The notes beneath the pieces were generated by a model, which did no database searches, was not told where the DNA came from, and saw only the letters and a program-made list of their open reading frames with translations. 64,000 nucleotides of DNA from Octopus bimaculoides (Eukaryota): NCBI RefSeq assembly GCF_001194135.2, contig NC_068981.1, positions 101,316,823 to 101,380,822 of the forward strand, written 5' to 3'. This document shows, in pieces, positions 1-12,640 of the stretch (positions are counted from its first letter, which is position 1; the number at the start of each line of letters is the position of its first letter). The translations under genes were made by a program, and so were the position numbers.

Positions 1-479
1 GTAACAAATTATTAACAACTTTTGCACATTTCAGGAAATCTATTTACTGGGGCCCTTCATGCTTGCTTTTTTAGCATTTAAACTGGCCGTATTTGACCCA
101 AATAATCTACCTGTCTTTTACACAAACTGGCCAGATCTGACCTCTCGCACCTTCCCCACAATATCATTCTAAAAATAAACACATCATTGCATTGTAATCT
201 TTTTTCTAGAAGATACTGCACAATTAACTCAAAACCTGAATAAATATTTCGCACTCAAAAGTTTTCAGAATTGCCGATATGGCCGCCAGGGTGGCGGAGG
301 GGTTAGTTGTAGTTAGCATAATTTCACTTACTTATGATCAGGTTTTATTAAATTTTCATTAAATAAAAATAATTTCTGTTTAGAGGGTATCACATTGAAA
401 GCTATTAAATCTTAGGTCCAACTTTTCTCTCAAGGCACTTACGTTCTGTCGTGTATGCACACTGACATTACATATCCAT

Positions 480-1255
480 CGGAGCATACTGGCTTCATTC
501 CTTGCAAGCTTACGCATGTCCTCAGCAGTCATGGCCCATGTTTCTCTACCATGTAGCATGGCTGTTCATACGCATGTGTCATACATTCTACTTTTTACTC
601 TGAGCAAGAGGTCCTTTGTCACCAGCAGAGGTAAGAGCTCTCTGAACTTTGCTCAGGCTATTCTTATTCTAGCAGCTACACTTTCAGAGCATCCACCCCA
701 CTACAAACTTGGTCACTAAGGTAACGGAAGCTGTCAACTACTTTTAGTTTTTCTCCCTGGAATGTGACAACTTGTTCTCGACACATTTTCAGTGTTTATT
801 GCTCTTGTGTATTGGCCACATACAAACGCTATCTTTCCAGTTAGCTTACCTTTGATATTGCTGCACCTCTTATGTGTCCATAGCTTACACTGGGTACATC
901 TTCTAGAGTTTCTACCTACACCTTTTCTACAGATCGAGCAGGACTATCTACCTGAAGGGATTTGTGATTTGTTTGCCTTCCTACTTACTAAGACTTTGTT
1001 TTTTGTTAGACTGACTCTAAGGCCCTTCGATTCTAGTCCTTGCTTCCACACCTGAACCTTCTCCTCTAGTCTGATAGCAACTCAGCAATTAGAGCAAGGT
1101 CATCAGCATAGAGGAGCTCCCAGGGGCATCCTGTCTTGAATTCCTCTGTTATTGCTTGGAGGACTGTGATAAATAGGAGGAAGCTGAGGACTGAACCTTG
1201 GTGGACCCCTACCTCTACCTGGAATTCTTCACTATACTCATTGCCAACCCTCAAT
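480..1255 (-). mobile_element. RTE-clade LINE fragment (family A, RT C-terminal half)
   Basis: Translates VGVHQGSVLS.LLFITVLQAITEEFKTGCPWELLYADD, continuing with frameshifts through the Cys-rich insert and WAKFRELLPLLVTK. Confidence 0.9.
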
Positions 1256-2009
1256 AAACATTAAAAATCGAAAGAAAATAAACAGCTTTACAAGTTTAAC
1301 TCAGTGTTTATTGAGCAAGAAAGGTGTGAAATTTAAGAATGTTAGAATATACATGTCTGTGAAGAGATATAAACAAGAATAGCAAAGATCTACTATACCT
1401 AAAGAACTGGTAATGCATACATTACAAGTGTTTTATGAAGAGAACATAAGATTGCTGCATAATTCAACATGAATGTGAAATGACATTAAACATTGTGTAA
1501 GGTAAATGAAGGTTTCTGTAGGAACGCTAAGTCATATTCACTTAGTGAGTTTACATGCTCAAGGATGAATTATGATGTCATTGGCGTTAGATGCAGTAAA
1601 ATATGGCTTGGACCATGATTACCAGCATGAACGTCAAACTTCAAAAAGTAGTTGACCATTAAATGGTTTTAGTAAATTTATACAGAAAAAGTAAGCATTA
1701 TACCGTTGAGCATAAATAAAAGTCAACTTCCAGTATGAATGTTTACATTTGTACGTCATTTTTCAACAAAAATTCTAAAAAAAATTCTGGAAATGATCTA
1801 CTCATGTAATTTACACACCCACTAAAGTTTATTTTTGTTTTTGCAAAAAAAAGTGCATAAATTACATTGGTTTTTATGGTATAGTGAACACAGTTGTTTT
1901 CCTGATAGTAGCAGGATGCTGTCCACTTTCTTTTGTCACAAAACTTTAGTCTTTTGCTAAGTTTAGTTTAAGACTTTTCAGTTCCAGGCTTTACTTTCAT
2001 ATCTAAAAT

Positions 2010-2112
2010 TTTCATCTTCAAATCTCCTACAGGTTTCACTATAAGATCCAAGTCACCTGCAAATAGGAGTTCCCACAGTCAGCCAGTCTTAAACTCCTTC
2101 ATGATTGATTCA
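2010..2112 (-). mobile_element. Short decayed RTE RT fragment
   Basis: Translates KEFKTG*LWELLFAGDL, a degenerate version of the family A YADD region. Confidence 0.6.
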
Positions 2113-2689
2113 TTAGGAATTTGTAATCAGTGACACTCAACTAATTATTTCACAAGTTGCAATATGAAATAAGTAAATGAATAACTTTATTGACTTATAA
2201 TAAACGAGAACAGTAGAAACTAGGTCATATGCCAGGTGTAACCACAAGAGGAATTGAACTTGGCACAACCAGCTGACAAACTGCTTATTGATTTTACAGT
2301 GCAACTTCCTATATTAACAAAAAATTCTTCCTACCTTGCAGTAAATATTTTAAGCTAAACAAACTGAACAATTTGAGAGGTCAACCGTCATGCCAAGGGT
2401 TATGGACAGCTGACCTCATAATTTTCCTGTTCTCTTTCCACTCAGCAATCTACACACTTAGACTATAAGCACACACACACGTACACAATTCAGATATATT
2501 AATTTATACTTCAGTATCTTACATTGACTTGAAAAATTAAGCTGATGTTAGTACAAGGATTACTGATTGAGTTATAGGAAAACATATGTACTATATCTTT
2601 AACTGATATTTTTTCAAGTTTCCACTGTTTCAGAAATTTTATTTCATTGTTGTACATTTTCCTTTCTTACACTATATATCCTTTATTTT

Positions 2690-3055
2690 TTACTTATTTC
2701 AGTCATTGGGCTGTGACCATGCTGGGGCACCGCTTTAAAGGGTTCAGTCAAAAAGTTGAACCCAGAATTTAAGTCTGGTACTTATTCCATTTCTCTCTTT
2801 TGCCAAACCGCTATGTTTCAAGGAAGCAAACAAACCAACACTATTTGTCAAGTAGTAAGGAAGAAAGAACACACACATACACAAACAGTGGGCTTCCTTA
2901 CAGTATCTGTCTGCTACATTCATTCACATAACATTGGTTAGTACAGAACTATAGTAGAAGACACTTGCTCAAGATGCCACACAGTGGGACTGATTCTAAA
3001 ACCACATGGTTGCATAGCGAGCTTTTTTAACCTCACAACCATGCCTGCACCTATA
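2690..3055 (-). mobile_element. tRNA-headed SINE (abundant family with (CA)n neck)
   Basis: Reverse complement of the family seen at 23681-24085 (head ...cccactgtgtggcatcttgagcaag, tail ccccagcatggtcacagcccaatgactgaaa). Confidence 0.75.
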
Positions 3056-3439
3056 TGTTCAGTCATTCTTAAAACTTTTGTTTCTCATTAAGACATTCAG
3101 ATCTTCCTCAAATATATGTAGGAACTTAAAGATGCATCTTCTAGGTTTAAATTTGTGAATTTGTGAAGTCTGGTGTTACTTTTGGATACACTTTTAATCT
3201 TGTATCTACTGTAGATCCTCAGAACTTTACTCAAACTATCCTGTGCACAAGGTAGACAGTACAATAAAATTTAATCTATTTGTGGTTAAGCGGGTATCTA
3301 GGGATGGGGATTTATTGTTCCTTGTTTCTTCTGTGTAAACATATATATGTTGGTACAGGTTGTTTTCTTGCCTAACATTATGAAGTGTCTTCTCTATGTT
3401 AATAAATGCAAAATAGAATTATTGGAAACACAAGTACTT

Positions 3440-3808
3440 TCACACACATGTATATACATGGCAGGAACTTCCGCCTACCAAATTCCATCACAAACTTTGT
3501 TTAGCCTGAGACTATAGCAGAAGACATTTGTCCAAGGTGCCATGCAGTGGGACTGAACCTGAAATCATGTGGTTGAGGAGCAAGCTTCCTAATCACACAG
3601 CCATTCTCGTTAGTGCTTATCCTCCATTACTGCATGACAGCTGATATTGGTTTGTTTACATCCCCATATCTTAGTGGTTCAACAAAAGAGATTGATCGAA
3701 TAAATACCAGACTTAAAAGTAAGTGCTGAGATTGATTTGTTCAACTAAACACTTCAAGTCAGTGCCCCAGGTGGTTGCAGTCCAGTGATTGAAACAAGTA
3801 AAAGATAA

Positions 3809-3810
<2 letters not shown>
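3440..3810 (-). mobile_element. tRNA-headed SINE, same family
   Basis: Same head and tail blocks as 2690-3055, followed by a (CA)n tract at about 3810-3843. Confidence 0.75.
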
Positions 3811-3846
<36 letters not shown>

Positions 3847-4144
3847 CTACTGCCTCTATTATTACTGCTGTTCCTAACCTTTTCCCATTGTAACCCATTT
3901 TGACAAATCAGTAATTTTCCACAACCTCTTTTTTTTTTCAATCTTCCAATGGAGCACAATATTTGATACAACGGTGGAGGTAAATGTTGTTGTCACTATG
4001 CCTCTGGTTTATTGCATGACATAATAGTGCTCAGTTCTTGTGACTTCATGGCACATGGGAGATTAAACTAAAAAAACACTGATGCACATCACCTGGAAAT
4101 TTTTACAAGAAAAACTGTTTTAAAGTTAAAGATTTAGAAAAATA

Positions 4145-5045
4145 TGAGGTGGTATCAAAAAGCTCCTGTACTAGTTCTGTAGCATACCAACGGATATCAG
4201 CACACGGTTGCATGTGCATTGAGAGCTAACAGTGATCTTCATGCAGCAGTGTGCCAAGTGACATTGGTGTGTTTGCTGCACAAGTTGTATAATTTGTGTT
4301 TTTGTGATCACATGTATGCTGTAGTTTGCGATTTTTGTCATGGATGAACAGGAAGTTGGAACAAAGAGCCAACATGAAATTTTGCATTAAGCCTGGGAAG
4401 TCTGCTACAGACACATTGAGCATGCTTCGGCAAGCTTATGGTGACAAGGCAATGGGTCATGCGCAATGTTCTAAATGGCATGGGTGCTTCAAAAGTGGAA
4501 AAACATCTCTCATTGTTTTTTTTTTTGTTTTTTTTCGACATCCACGGTATTTTGCATCAAGAATTCGTCCCCCCAAGACCAGACCATCAATCAAGAGTTC
4601 TACTGTGACATTTTGAAGCGTTTGAGGGAGGACATTCAGCTAAAGTAACCAAATTTGTGGAGCGCAAAGAATTGAATTCTTCATGACAACAATGCACCCT
4701 GTCTCTGAGCTCTCCTCACTTGTGAGTTTCTTGCCAAAAACATTGTATCACTCCCACACCCACCCTATTCACCAGATTTAGCACCTGCAGACTTCAATTT
4801 CTTCCCCAAGATGAAAATGCAGCTCAAAGGTTGCCATTTTAAAACCATTGTCAAGATCCAGAGCGAATCAGTCTTTGACTTGCTTACAGAAAATGACTTC
4901 CAGACTGGATTCCAAAAATGGCAGGAATACTGTGACTGGTGTATTGCTGTGCAAGGGGACTATTTCAAAAGTGCTGTTAAAACTTAGGTAAATAAGTTAT
5001 TTTTATTAAACATAACTGGTTTGGGAACTTTTTGATACCACCTCA
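4145..5045 (+). mobile_element. Internally deleted mariner transposon with both TIRs and TA TSD
   Basis: TA|TGAGGTGGTATCAAAAAG ... CTTTTTGATACCACCTCA|TA, an 18-bp perfect TIR. Transposase pieces EQRANMKFC..GKSATDT and HPPYSPDLAPADF. Confidence 0.93.
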
Positions 5046-5214
5046 TATAGCAAACTATTAATAAACTTATATTATTAATCATTTTTGTGTATAACAAAAT
5101 TATAACATATTTTTCAAGATACTGAAGCTTTAAAATGTAAATCCTTTACTTATATTTTTGAAAAAATCTATGATACATTGAGAACCACTGATTATAATAT
5201 ACTCAAATCAGGTG

Positions 5215-5630
5215 TGAGGGCATGTGCCATTGCAGCATGTTGTTGCATTCACCATTTGTCAGTATATTCTTGGGTCTTCATGGGTGATTTGTGAAGCGGT
5301 TCCAGTCAGTCCCCATTTTTGCAAGATATTTCCTCATCTGCCGTGGCTATGTGGCGTGTGGTTAACCCAGCCAAATCCTCAGTCAAGAGAACATGCTAAG
5401 CACAGTCTGACTAGGAAAATCAAGCAATATAGCTAAAAAATCTTGAGCTGGTGATCCAAAATCATACAAGTAACAGGATGCATCCCAATTTCTGAGTAGT
5501 CATTGGTTGGATACGAAATCCAACCTATGGTAAACCCATAATCCCCCGAAGTGTCCTGGTACCAGAGGAGTTCAAGTGGTTCCTAGGGGCCCTGGACAGT
5601 GTCCAAGTCTCACAACAAGAAATCTCAGGG
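5215..5630 (-). mobile_element. 3' end of a second RTE family (family B)
   Basis: Degenerate frame ending ...HEDPRIY*QMVNATTCCNGTCPHT*, similar to RTE/BovB-type ORF C-termini. Confidence 0.6.
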
Positions 5631-6735
5631 TTGCATCAATGCTCTCTGAACTTTGCCCAGGCTATTCTTATTCTAGCAGCTACATTCTCAGAGCATCCAC
5701 CCCCACTACTGACTTGGTAACGGAAGCTATCAACTACTTGTAGTTTTTCCTCCTGGCATGTGACAGAAGCTGTTTTCTGCACATTTTCGGGGTTTATTGC
5801 CCCTAAGCATTTACCACACACAAAAACTATCTTCCCAGTTAGCCTTCCTTTGATATTGCTGCACCTCTTATGTGTCCATAGCTTACACCAGGTGCATCTT
5901 ATGGAGTTTCTACCTACACCTTTTCTACAGATCGAGCAGGGCCATCTACCTGAAGGGATTTGTTGTCTGTCTGCCTTCCTACTCATTAGGACTTAGGTTT
6001 TTGCTACATTGATTCTAAGTCCCTTCAATTCTAGACCTTGCTTCCACAACTGAAACTTCTCTAGTTCTAATAATGACTCAGCTATTAACACAATATCATC
6101 AGCATAGAGAAGCTCCCAGGGGCATCCCGTCTTGAATTCCTCTGTTATTTCCTGGAGGGCTATGATGAATAAAACAGGGCTGCGGACTGATCCTCGGTGG
6201 ACCCCTACCCCCACCCGGAATTCTTCACTGTACTTGTTGCCAACCCTCACTTTACTGACAGCATCCCTGTACATGGCTTGCACAGCTCTCATTAACCACT
6301 CATCTATCCTAGATGACCACATTGACCACTAGATAAGGGATCGGGGGACCCTGTCAGAGGCTTTCTCCATGTCAACAAAAGCCAAGTACAGAGGTTTATC
6401 TTTGGCTAGGTATTTCTCCTGCAGCTGTCTTACCAGAAATATAGCATCAGTGGTGCTTTTCCCTGGCACAAACCCAAACTGCATCTCGTCTAGACTGACT
6501 CTCTCCCCAATTAGTTGGGTTATGACCCTCTCCGTGACCTTCATTACCTGATCAAACAACTTATACCTCTATAATTATTTGTATCTAATGCATCACCTTT
6601 ACTTTTGTAGCAGTTGACTATGGTGCTGCTACACCAGTTCATTGGGTATGACTCCTTCATGTATCACCTGACTGACTATACAGGTGATGACTATAGCCGA
6701 CACTGCCAGATATTTTAAGCATCTCTGCAGTGTAC
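5630..6735 (-). mobile_element. RTE LINE family A, RT domain
   Basis: Translates NYRGIKL.DQVMKV, QFGFVPGKSTTDAIF, LYLAFVDMEKA.DRVPR, GVHRGSV.SP, LLYADD, and the insert WPCSICRKGVGRNSIRC..CKLWTHKRC. Confidence 0.93.
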
Positions 6736-6811
6736 CTGGTTACAAAAAACATTGCCCCACTACTTCTCTATATGGTCACTCAACCTGCTAGAAATGCCAG
6801 CCAAATTTTCC

Positions 6812-7149
6812 ACCCTGTGGAAGAGGTGGACCCAAGAAGACATGGGATGAGGTGGCTAAGCATGATCTTCAGCTGTTGAATCTCATGGAAGCAATAACAA
6901 GTAATCGAGATCTTTGGTGATTTGCTGTGCTTGAGAAGACACATCAAGCCAAGTGAAATCTTAGTCATGGCCAGTGCCAGTGACACATAAGACCCCACTA
7001 CACTCTTGGATTTTTTGGCATTAGGAAGAGCATCCAGTCATAGAAACCAAGCCAAATTAGACTAGAGCCTGATGCAGTTTACTAGTTCCAGTCAAACTGT
7101 CTAACCCATGCCAGCATGGAAAAGTTGCTAAATGATGATGATGATGATA
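6812..7149 (+). mobile_element. RTE family A 3' end with (GAT)n tail, inverted relative to the adjacent body
   Basis: Translates CGRGGPKKTWDEVAKHDL..., then a 3' UTR with ccaacccatgccagcatggaaa and a gatgatgatgat tail. Confidence 0.8.
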
Positions 7150-7852
7150 TCTAAAATTACAACAGCCCAAAGAAGAAGAGACAGTTTGGTCATAGCTAGA
7201 ATGTTTTTAATCATTGATCTACTCCATCGAGGCTGACTAGGCTCTAAACTACAACACCACCATGCAGATATTACATGCTAACTCTGTACTTCAGTAAAGA
7301 GGGTGAGCTATATCTTCCTGGAGTACAATGCAGTACTTGTTGCTAAATATGAACTAAATATGACTTCAGCTTATCTAGACTAATAATTGTGGTTGCCAGC
7401 ATTATCCTTTCACTTTTAACTTGGAACTCTCTAATTAAAATAATAATTGTATCGTTAAAAAGCTCTCATCTGAAGGAAAATAACACATTCTTTATTATTA
7501 AAACATTCTAATTTAAATCTGAGAAATGGTTTTAATATAAAAGCCTAAGCAATTGGTATTAAATTTTGAAAGGAAAAGTTATTTTTATTGTTGTTGTTTT
7601 TGGTATTAGTATTATTTCTTCCATATCTTCATTGGCTAGAGATTACTTAAGTCATTAAGATATAAAAATAACATCAGTTATCTTGAAAGATAAATGTGAC
7701 AGTTTGCTATCTGTACTGAATTATTTTGGTTTATTGCTGTTCTTTCCATATAGCCACTTGTAATGTTTGTTATACTGGATTTTACACAAGTAGAATCAGT
7801 AGAAGTGATTTCTCAATTTATGAAATTCTAAGATAATCAGAAGTAAAGATTA

Positions 7853-7853
<1 letters not shown>

Positions 7854-7916
<63 letters not shown>
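7854..7916. repeat. (AT)n microsatellite
   Basis: About 31 uninterrupted AT units. Confidence 0.98.
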
Positions 7917-7920
<4 letters not shown>

Positions 7921-10388
7921 AATGTATTTTATCTATAAACTTAATATTATGATGACTTGGTAATATAAGTAATGTTTTAAATAGACATACATCAGTTCAT
8001 GTACCATGTGGAGAGGTAAGTGCTGATGTTTTGAGCAGGGCCTTCTGTTTTATATCACAATTTATCTTTAGTTCTTGTTGACTCAGACCATTCCTAGTTT
8101 TCTCAGATGCTGCTGTTGTTTTGTTTTTGTTGTAGATGCACAGCATAGATTGGTAGATTGTCCCACGTAAATGTAGTGTTAGGAAAGATTTCCAGCACTG
8201 CAGCCTCACTCTTCCCTATCCACTCTAGCAACTTACCCGACAACATCTCATCTCTTTTTCATTGTCCTGTATACTGTATCATCATTTCTATTCTGTTGCT
8301 CCACACTTTCAGACATCCCCTACTCCACCCGCTTCTAGCTTCTCTGTCCCACTCATTGCTACCCATTTTATACCTTGAAGGTCCACCCTGACATCTCATC
8401 ACAACTATTTTTTTTATCAGTGTCTAGCTTCACCTGATCACCCCCACCCTCTCTTCTAAAATGTGAGTAGTCATGTAGTTAGTTCCTCTACAGCAAGAAA
8501 CCTGTTTGGCTCTGGCCCTTTTCTCTCATACTTCACCCTTCTCTACTCATTCTCTTACCATAACATTATCACCACCCCATCCTAGGGTTCATAGTTTTGT
8601 AAGCTGCATGGCAACCTAGTGCTGGTAGTACAAAAAAGGCACCCAGTACATGCTGTAAAGACGTCGTTTGGGTTTGGGAAGAGCATCCAACCATAGAAAC
8701 CATGCCAAACAACAATAGAAATTAACCTAAAAGAGAATATAGCCTGTCAATAATCCTTCTTTATATTTCCTTTCCTTCTGATATGTATTATGATTTTTTG
8801 CTTTTTAATATATTTTAACTTCATTCTTAATGCTCTTTGTTAGATGCTAATAGCTTGTATCAGATTTTCCCCACTCAACTTATTGATTTAAAGAATCACC
8901 CAAGTACAAACTGTAGCAGAGGGTGAAGAGAGACCACTATACAGTGACCCTAATTAAGATTAAAATGCCATGCATTATGTTTCATATTTGTTTTGTTTTG
9001 ATTTTTTGATTTTTTTATATATATACACACCCAAACCTGGCTTTTGGCTAAGAAGCTTGCTTTGCAGCCACATGATTTCGGGATCAGTCTTACTGTGGAG
9101 CACCTTGAGCAAGTAACTTCTACTTCAACTCTGTGAGTGAAATCAGTAGATGGAAACTGTAGAAGCCTGCCGTGTGTGTGTATTTAAGTACTAGGACTGA
9201 TTTATTGGACTAAACCTTTCAAGGCAGTGCTCCAGTATGGTTGCAGCCTAATGTCTGAAACGAATAAAAGATACAATTAGATACCTGTCCTGTCACTAAT
9301 CACTTCACAGCATGGTCTGAGTACATTTTATATCTTGCTACTGGCATTAGAGATGCTGACTGGCAAGACTGAAATCCTCTCCATCCTGTCATCAGTTCTA
9401 TTCAGAGTTTTTACATGTGCAGCTTCCAGTACTTACAGTGTTTTTTTGTTGTTGTTTTTTTTCTTTCTTTTTTTACCCCTAAAGAAATTGTTAGAATCAG
9501 TGTTTGTCTTGCTAGAAGACGATTATGCTGAGCCATTCTCTTCAGAAATATATAGCCACCATTTAAATTCTCTTTATAAAGCTGTGAATATGCTATACTT
9601 AATTGTTGTCGAATAACTTGTTAGCTACTTCTACAGTAGACCTTTGTCATTAATATAGCTTATAGGATAAATCATTTTATTGAAATTTCTTGTTCTGTTT
9701 TATTCTACATGTGTTTGTGTGTGAGTATGTAATATTGTTTACATTTTATCTATGAAAGTATTGATTCTGAAACTGTGGACTTTTATGTGGATGTTTGAAA
9801 CTGGTGTTTCACTATTGAATGCAAAGTCCTTTAATCATGAAGTGAATTGAGAACTGTGTTAAGATTTATGATTCAAAAGAAGTTCACACTAAAGATATTT
9901 GAAAAATTTCCCAATGGTATTTCCTTGTGAATGAAGACCATAGTTAAGTCCAGACTACCATACGTTAAATAAAGGCCTATGGAATTTGGAGATGGAAATG
10001 TTTCTGTTGAATAGACAAGTGTTTCTGAAGCACTCTTTCAAGCTGAATCCAGATATACTGTTTGTTTTCACCAATCATGTCACCAATCATATACACGCTA
10101 TTTGATTTTCTCAAAAAATGTTGTTTTCCTTGATTTTATGTCCTAGTCTGACTTTGGAACAGTGGGCCAAAGTGTAAAAAATGCTTCATTGTCACCCTTT
10201 GCTTGTATAAAGTATAGTAAAATCATGAATATATCTGATTTTGTGCATAGATAATTTAATTATAGTAAGATTTCAGCCAGAAATGGGGATTTTTTTTACC
10301 TGTGATGAGAAAATACAAAAAGAGGCCCAGGATTGTTTTGTTCTATTGATACAGAATTAAACAACGAAATCTGCAAATTATATGCATA

Positions 10389-10750
10389 CTAGCAGTATAA
10401 ACCGACCTTGTCCAGGTGTGACTTATTATGCCATCTACGATAAGTCTTGCTAGCTGAAAATCAACTAAAAAAGAAAGCCTTACAACGAAAAAACCCTTAT
10501 GATGTAAATATGTTCATAATTCAAAAGACAATGAAATTAATAGGGAAAGTCTGAAAGCTGTTTTGCGTAAAATTATTAAGCATACGTAAATTTCATCCGT
10601 GTAATTGGCTATAGAAATGCTTGTGCAAAACAACTTTTTGCGCTGCCCTGATTATACATAGCAGGGTAATCCCTTTTCACAGGAGCTAGGATGGCAATTT
10701 GTGATGAAGCAATTGCTGGCGATCTGTTGCCAAACAGTTTTGCCAGAATT
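10389..10750 (-). mobile_element. Helitron 3' end running into the gap
   Basis: On the minus strand ends CTAG|T, with a degenerate subterminal GC hairpin (aaccgaccttgtccagg), the same terminus type as at 46121 and 54038. Confidence 0.6.
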
Positions 10751-11684
10751 NNNNNNNNNNNNNNNNNNNNNNNNNNNNNNNNNNNNNNNNNNNNNNNNNN
10801 NNNNNNNNNNNNNNNNNNNNNNNNNNNNNNNNNNNNNNNNNNNNNNNNNNNNNNNNNNNNNNNNNNNNNNNNNNNNNNNNNNNNNNNNNNNNNNNNNNNN
10901 NNNNNNNNNNNNNNNNNNNNNNNNNNNNNNNNNNNNNNNNNNNNNNNNNNNNNNNNNNNNNNNNNNNNNNNNNNNNNNNNNNNNNNNNNNNNNNNNNNNN
11001 NNNNNNNNNNNNNNNNNNNNNNNNNNNNNNNNNNNNNNNNNNNNNNNNNNNNNNNNNNNNNNNNNNNNNNNNNNNNNNNNNNNNNNNNNNNNNNNNNNNN
11101 NNNNNNNNNNNNNNNNNNNNNNNNNNNNNNNNNNNNNNNNNNNNNNNNNNNNNNNNNNNNNNNNNNNNNNNNNNNNNNNNNNNNNNNNNNNNNNNNNNNN
11201 NNNNNNNNNNNNNNNNNNNNNNNNNNNNNNNNNNNNNNNNNNNNNNNNNNNNNNNNNNNNNNNNNNNNNNNNNNNNNNNNNNNNNNNNNNNNNNNNNNNN
11301 NNNNNNNNNNNNNNNNNNNNNNNNNNNNNNNNNNNNNNNNNNNNNNNNNNNNNNNNNNNNNNNNNNNNNNNNNNNNNNNNNNNNNNNNNNNNNNNNNNNN
11401 NNNNNNNNNNNNNNNNNNNNNNNNNNNNNNNNNNNNNNNNNNNNNNNNNNNNNNNNNNNNNNNNNNNNNNNNNNNNNNNNNNNNNNNNNNNNNNNNNNNN
11501 NNNNNNNNNNNNNNNNNNNNNNNNNNNNNNNNNNNNNNNNNNNNNNNNNNNNNNNNNNNNNNNNNNNNNNNNNNNNNNNNNNNNNNNNNNNNNNNNNNNN
11601 NNNNNNNNNNNNNNNNNNNNNNNNNNNNNNNNNNNNNNNNNNNNNNNNNNNNNNNNNNNNNNNNNNNNNNNNNNNNNNNNNNNN
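10751..11684. other. Assembly gap (934 N)
   Basis: N run. Confidence 1.
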
Positions 11685-12039
11685 TCTATGTTATGAAAAA
11701 TAGGTAAAGAACACTGAGATGAAAGTTTAATCTATGACGTTGTATGTATCACTTTCTCTCTCTCTCCCTCTCCAACTCTATATTTTTATGTTGAGCGCGT
11801 GTGTAAGAATGGCGTTCCAGGTAGAAGGGATGAAATATAAAAGTTGCTAGAAACAACAGCCAAATCTCCCTTAAATCACGCAAAGTAAAGGGAATTTTAA
11901 AAATCTAATTACTACACTGGAAAGTTCACATCGAGAAAATTCCATTGATGTAAAAAATTTTACGAAAAAGTGGAAAATGTGGATTTCTATAAACATTCAA
12001 AAAGGCTTCACACAAACACACAACTTCAGATTTATATAT

Positions 12040-12420
12040 TAAGATAACATGATATCCTCCCAAAAATTGTCAAATGTCATTATAAAGGAAGAAATCCCTG
12101 TTTCTTAGACATCCTTGAAATGTTTTAACAGTGGGTAGTCCTTATTATATTCCAACAGTAATCAGCGATCATATTCACATCCATGTCCCTTGGTATCTCT
12201 CCTCTATTACCCTCATATTTTGGTGGAATCTTCTCCATGTTTATCACTGATGTTGCTCAAATTCCGTGGAAATTGATCCAAGTGACTGAACAAAAGATGT
12301 ATCTTGATGCTCATTTTGCATCCCAGAGAATGAAAAGACCAGATCATTTTTTACAACAATTTTGTTGTAATTGGCTGTTTTGTTGTTGCCAAGAGACCAC
12401 TCAAACTAAAGTGTTCATAT
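12040..12420 (-). mobile_element. DNA transposase C-terminal relic, Chapaev-like (CMC)
   Basis: Frameshifted SLGCKMSIKIHLLFSHLDQFPRNLSNISDKHGE-RFHQNMRVIEERYQGTWDVNMIADYCW. The superfamily assignment is from memory. Confidence 0.6.
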
Positions 12421-12640
12421 TTAACCCTTTAGCACTTACACTGACCATGTCCACACCATATATTCATTCCATCTGTTTTATGTTCAAACCAGTCAGATCT
12501 GGCTTCTTGCACCTACCCAACAATGTCATTCTAAAAATAATCACATCATTGAAATCTTGAAGCTACAAGATAATGCTTGATTAATTCAATATAACATGAA
12601 TAAATAAGCATTACATTTGACATAGTAATTTGACCAAAAT
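12421..12640 (+). mobile_element. TTAA-type (piggyBac-like) MITE family 1, right end decayed
   Basis: TTAA|CCCTTTAGCA start. Body shared with 14883, 23580, 61460 and about 60-240. Confidence 0.7.

Noticed and set aside
283-306. GC hairpin CCGCCA-GGG-TGGCGG resembling a CTCF site or Helitron end
   Set aside because: The spacing is off by one base for CTCF. It follows a TTAA-MITE body and precedes AGGGGTTAG, so it is most simply a MITE right end.
10691-11707. Long ORFs of 338 and 331 aa (also 35487-35969, 35521-35940 and 50793-51083)
   Set aside because: They are open only because they run through N gaps.
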